Position numbers and translations under genes: made by a program. Below, one piece after another: positions 61,422 to 64,000 of a stretch of 64,000 bases of DNA (the first letter of the stretch is position 1; each line of letters opens with the position of its first letter). The notes beneath the pieces are model-generated. The model was not told the DNA's origin. It saw nothing but the letters and a program-made list of their open reading frames with translations, and did no database searches. The DNA comes from Candidatus Methylomirabilota bacterium (GTDB lineage: Bacteria; Methylomirabilota; Methylomirabilia; Rokubacteriales; CSP1-6), in contig DATEDO010000105.1 in assembly GCA_035281625.1 (NCBI GenBank), positions 102-64,101 of the forward strand. The letters are read 5' to 3'.

Positions 61422-62327
61422 ATGAGCTTCGCGGCGCCCCCCGTCGTCGAGATGAACGCGGTCACCAAGCGCTATGGCACGGTGGAGGCGGTGCGCGGCA
61501 TCAGCTTGCGCATCGCCCCCGGCGAGATCGTGGCCATGCTGGGGCCGAACGGCGCGGGCAAGACCACGTCGGTGGGTCTGATGCTGGGGTTGCGGACGCC
61601 GACCTCGGGCACGGTGCGGCTCTTCGGCCTGCCGCCCACCGACCGTCGCGCCCGCAGCCGGGCGGGCGTCATGCTGCAGGAGTCGGGCACGACCAGCGTG
61701 CTGACGCCGCGTGAGATCGTGCGGCTCTTCGGCACGTACTATCCGGCGCCGATGCCGACCGAGCGGGCGCTCGCCCTGGCCGGCCTCACCGACAAGGCCG
61801 ACGCCCGCATCGGTACGCTCTCGGGGGGTCAGCGCCAGCGCCTCTACCTCGCCCTCGCGGTGTGCGGCGATCCCGACGTGCTGTTCCTCGACGAGCCCAC
61901 GGTGGGCATGGACGTGGAGGCGCGGCGCGCCTTCGTGACGAGCATCCAGACGCTGGCCGCCGCGGGCAAGACGGTGCTCTTCACCACGCACTATCTCCGC
62001 GAAGCGGAGGAGCTGGCCCGGCGCATCGTGGTGATCGACCGCGGTGTGGTCATCGCCGACGCCGCCCCGCGCGAGCTGATGGGCCGGGTGGCCGCCAAGC
62101 GTGTCGCCTTCACCGTCGTGGGCGCGCTGCCCGCTGGCGTTTTCGCCGGGCTGCCGGTGGCGGCGCTCGCGAGCGCCAACGGCCATGTCCGCTTCCTCAC
62201 CGGCGAGCCCGAATCGGTGCTCCGCGCGCTCTTCGCCCGCGGGGTGGAGCTGCGCGATCTGGAGGTGGTCGGCGCGGATCTGGAGGAGGCGTTCCTTTCC
62301 CTCACCCGCCGCGAGGAGCCGGCGTGA
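61422..62327 (+). CDS. ABC transporter ATP-binding protein (ABC-2/DrrA-like)
   Basis: GPNGAGKTT, LSGGQRQR and LFLDEP motifs. Confidence 0.93.
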   Translation: MSFAAPPVVEMNAVTKRYGTVEAVRGISLRIAPGEIVAMLGPNGAGKTTSVGLMLGLRTPTSGTVRLFGLPPTDRRARSRAGVMLQESGTTSVLTPREIVRLFGTYYPAPMPTERALALAGLTDKADARIGTLSGGQRQRLYLALAVCGDPDVLFLDEPTVGMDVEARRAFVTSIQTLAAAGKTVLFTTHYLREAEELARRIVVIDRGVVIADAAPRELMGRVAAKRVAFTVVGALPAGVFAGLPVAALASANGHVRFLTGEPESVLRALFARGVELRDLEVVGADLEEAFLSLTRREEPA

Positions 62328-63097
62328 GCGCGGTGGCGCCCGTCCTCCCCATGCTGCTCGCGCAGACGCGAAGCGAGCTGGTCGCGCGCTGGCGCGTGCC
62401 CGCGTTCAGCGTGACGAGCCTGGCCCTGCCCATCCTCTTCTACACCTTCTTCGCCCTGCCCTTCGCGCGCCAGACCTTCCCCAACGGCGTGAGCGTGGGC
62501 GCCTATCTCCTCGCCTCCTTCGCGGCTTACGCGGTGGGAAGCGTGATGGTCTACGGCTTCGGCATCAACGTGGCCATCGAGCGCGCGCAGAAGGTGGACG
62601 TGCTGATGCGCGCCACCCCGGTGCCGCCGGGCGTGGTGATCACCGCGAAGGTGATCGGCGCCCTCGTCTTCTCCCTGCTCTCGGTGATCGTGCTCATCAT
62701 CTACGGCGTGGTGGTGGCCGGGGTGCGCCAGGATCTCACGGTGTGGGCGAACGTGACCGCGCGCCTCCTCGTCGGCTCCCTGCCCTTCGTGAGCCTCGGC
62801 TTCGCCATCGGCTACAGCGCCGGGCCGAACGCGGCGCCGGCGCTGGCCAACATCATCTACCTGCCGCTGTCCTTCGCCTCGGGCCTCTTCATGCCGGTGA
62901 GCCAGCTTCCCGGCTTCGTGCAGCGCATGGCGCCGTACCTGCCCTCGTACCACTACGGCCAGCTCGCCTGGAGCGCGGTGGGCGCGCCCACCGAGCCGAT
63001 CGGCGTGAGCCTGGCGTGGCTGGCGGGCTACACGGCGCTCTTCCTGGCCATCGCCGTCCGCGCCTACCGCCGCGAGGAAACACGCAAGTTCGGCTAG
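62324..63097 (+). CDS. ABC-2 type transporter permease
   Basis: GTG 62324 overlaps the ATPase stop (GTGA). 6 TM helices. Confidence 0.85.
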   Translation: MSAVAPVLPMLLAQTRSELVARWRVPAFSVTSLALPILFYTFFALPFARQTFPNGVSVGAYLLASFAAYAVGSVMVYGFGINVAIERAQKVDVLMRATPVPPGVVITAKVIGALVFSLLSVIVLIIYGVVVAGVRQDLTVWANVTARLLVGSLPFVSLGFAIGYSAGPNAAPALANIIYLPLSFASGLFMPVSQLPGFVQRMAPYLPSYHYGQLAWSAVGAPTEPIGVSLAWLAGYTALFLAIAVRAYRREETRKFG

Positions 63098-63125
63098 CCT
63101 CGACTCGGATAGAATGGCGGCACCC

Positions 63126-64000
63126 ATGACCCGGCCCGGCACGCTCGCCATCGACGTCGGCGGCACCTTCACCGACATCACCTACGCCGACGCCGAGACC
63201 GGCGCGACCTGGGTGGCCAAGACGCCCTCCACGCCGGCCGATCTCTCGCGCGGGTTCATCACCGCGGTGCGCAAGGTGCTGGGCCAGGCGGGCCGCACGC
63301 CGCCCGACGTCCTCCGCGTCTTCCACGGCACCACCACCGCCACCAACGCCATCCTTGAAGGTAAGACTCCGCCTACTTCGCTCGTCACGACGGCGGGCTT
63401 CAAGTTCGTGCTGGAGATCGGCCGCCACGACATTCCGCGCCACGGCAATCTCTACGGCTGGAGCAAGCCGGCGCGGCCCATCACCCCCGACCGCGTGCTC
63501 GAGGTCACGGAGCGTCTCGACGCCGACGGCACGGTGCTGACGCCGCTCGACGAGGCGGAGGCCCGGCACGTCGCCCGCCGCCTGGCGCAGTGGGGCGTGC
63601 CCGCCGTCGCGGTGGTGTTCCTCCACGCCTACGCCAATCCCGCGCACGAGCGCCGCATGGCCGCGATCCTGGCCGAGGAATACCCCGGCCTCCTCGTGTC
63701 CCTGTCCTCCGAGGTGCTGCCTCAGTTCCGCGAGTTCGAGCGCAGCATGGCCACCGCGCTGAACGCCGCGGTCATGCCGCCGGTGAGCCGCTACGTCGGG
63801 CGGCTGCGCGAGGCGCTGGACGCCGAGGGGGTGCGCGCGCCGCTCCTCATCATGAAGTCGGACGGCGGCGTCACCAGCGCGGCCACCTGCGTGCGGCAGC
63901 CAGTGCAGACCGTGCTGTCGGGGCCGGCGGCGGGCGTGGTGGGCGCGGTGAGCGTGGCGCGGGCCGCGGGCCACCGTGACATCATCTCGATCGACGTGGG
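63126..64000 (+). CDS. Hydantoinase A / oxoprolinase family protein (N-terminal part; runs off the window end)
   Basis: Absent from the ORF track because it is open at the edge. Hand translation: MTRPGTLAIDVGGTFTDITYAD...FHGTTTATNAILEGK...VVFLHAYANPAHE...LSGPAAGVVGA. Confidence 0.88.
   Translation, partial: MTRPGTLAIDVGGTFTDITYADAETGATWVAKTPSTPADLSRGFITAVRKVLGQAGRTPPDVLRVFHGTTTATNAILEGKTPPTSLVTTAGFKFVLEIGRHDIPRHGNLYGWSKPARPITPDRVLEVTERLDADGTVLTPLDEAEARHVARRLAQWGVPAVAVVFLHAYANPAHERRMAAILAEEYPGLLVSLSSEVLPQFREFERSMATALNAAVMPPVSRYVGRLREALDAEGVRAPLLIMKSDGGVTSAATCVRQPVQTVLSGPAAGVVGAVSVARAAGHRDIISIDV

Overview
High-GC (about 70% by eye, not computed), very gene-dense chromosomal window. I call about 76 protein-coding genes, most on the minus strand. 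Many are chained by 4-nt ATGA/GTGA start/stop overlaps. I found no rRNA, tRNA, CRISPR array, transposase, integrase or phage genes. The gene content includes many F420/LLM-type oxidoreductases, TRAP and PF04392-type binding proteins, and a MoxR-DUF58 pair. This looks like an uncultured soil or sediment bacterium (Rokubacteria-like, actinobacterial or deltaproteobacterial), but that is only a guess. Most long plus-strand ORFs in the track are antisense shadow ORFs of real minus-strand genes. Start coordinates below were trimmed using RBS and overlap logic and may be off by a few codons. Main observations: (1) Two pairs of track ORFs are each a single gene interrupted by one in-frame TGA at a redox-motif position. 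One reads AD-U-GSC at 58142 and the other ASW-U-GC in a thioredoxin-fold protein at 23215. Each has a hairpin about 20 nt downstream, so both are selenoprotein candidates. The U-G-S-C gene is translationally coupled to an uncharacterised 364-aa protein and a TRAP transporter. (2) A tightly coupled operon encodes PolX/PHP, an unknown 204-aa protein, a stand-alone LigD polymerase domain and a stand-alone LigD ligase domain. It has no Ku gene, and the PolX catalytic carboxylates look degenerate. (3) An ACP, a degenerate-PCP thioesterase with a Cys nucleophile, a hydrolase and a CoA-transferase form a mini-cluster. (4) An orphan Tat-type molybdopterin oxidoreductase has its twin-arginine motif upstream of any canonical start codon. 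(5) An orphan mreB sits behind a near-consensus sigma-54 promoter. (6) A 1318-aa sensor kinase carries tandemly duplicated GAF modules. Two edge genes absent from the ORF track were recovered by hand: DUF58 at the left edge and hydantoinase A at the right edge.
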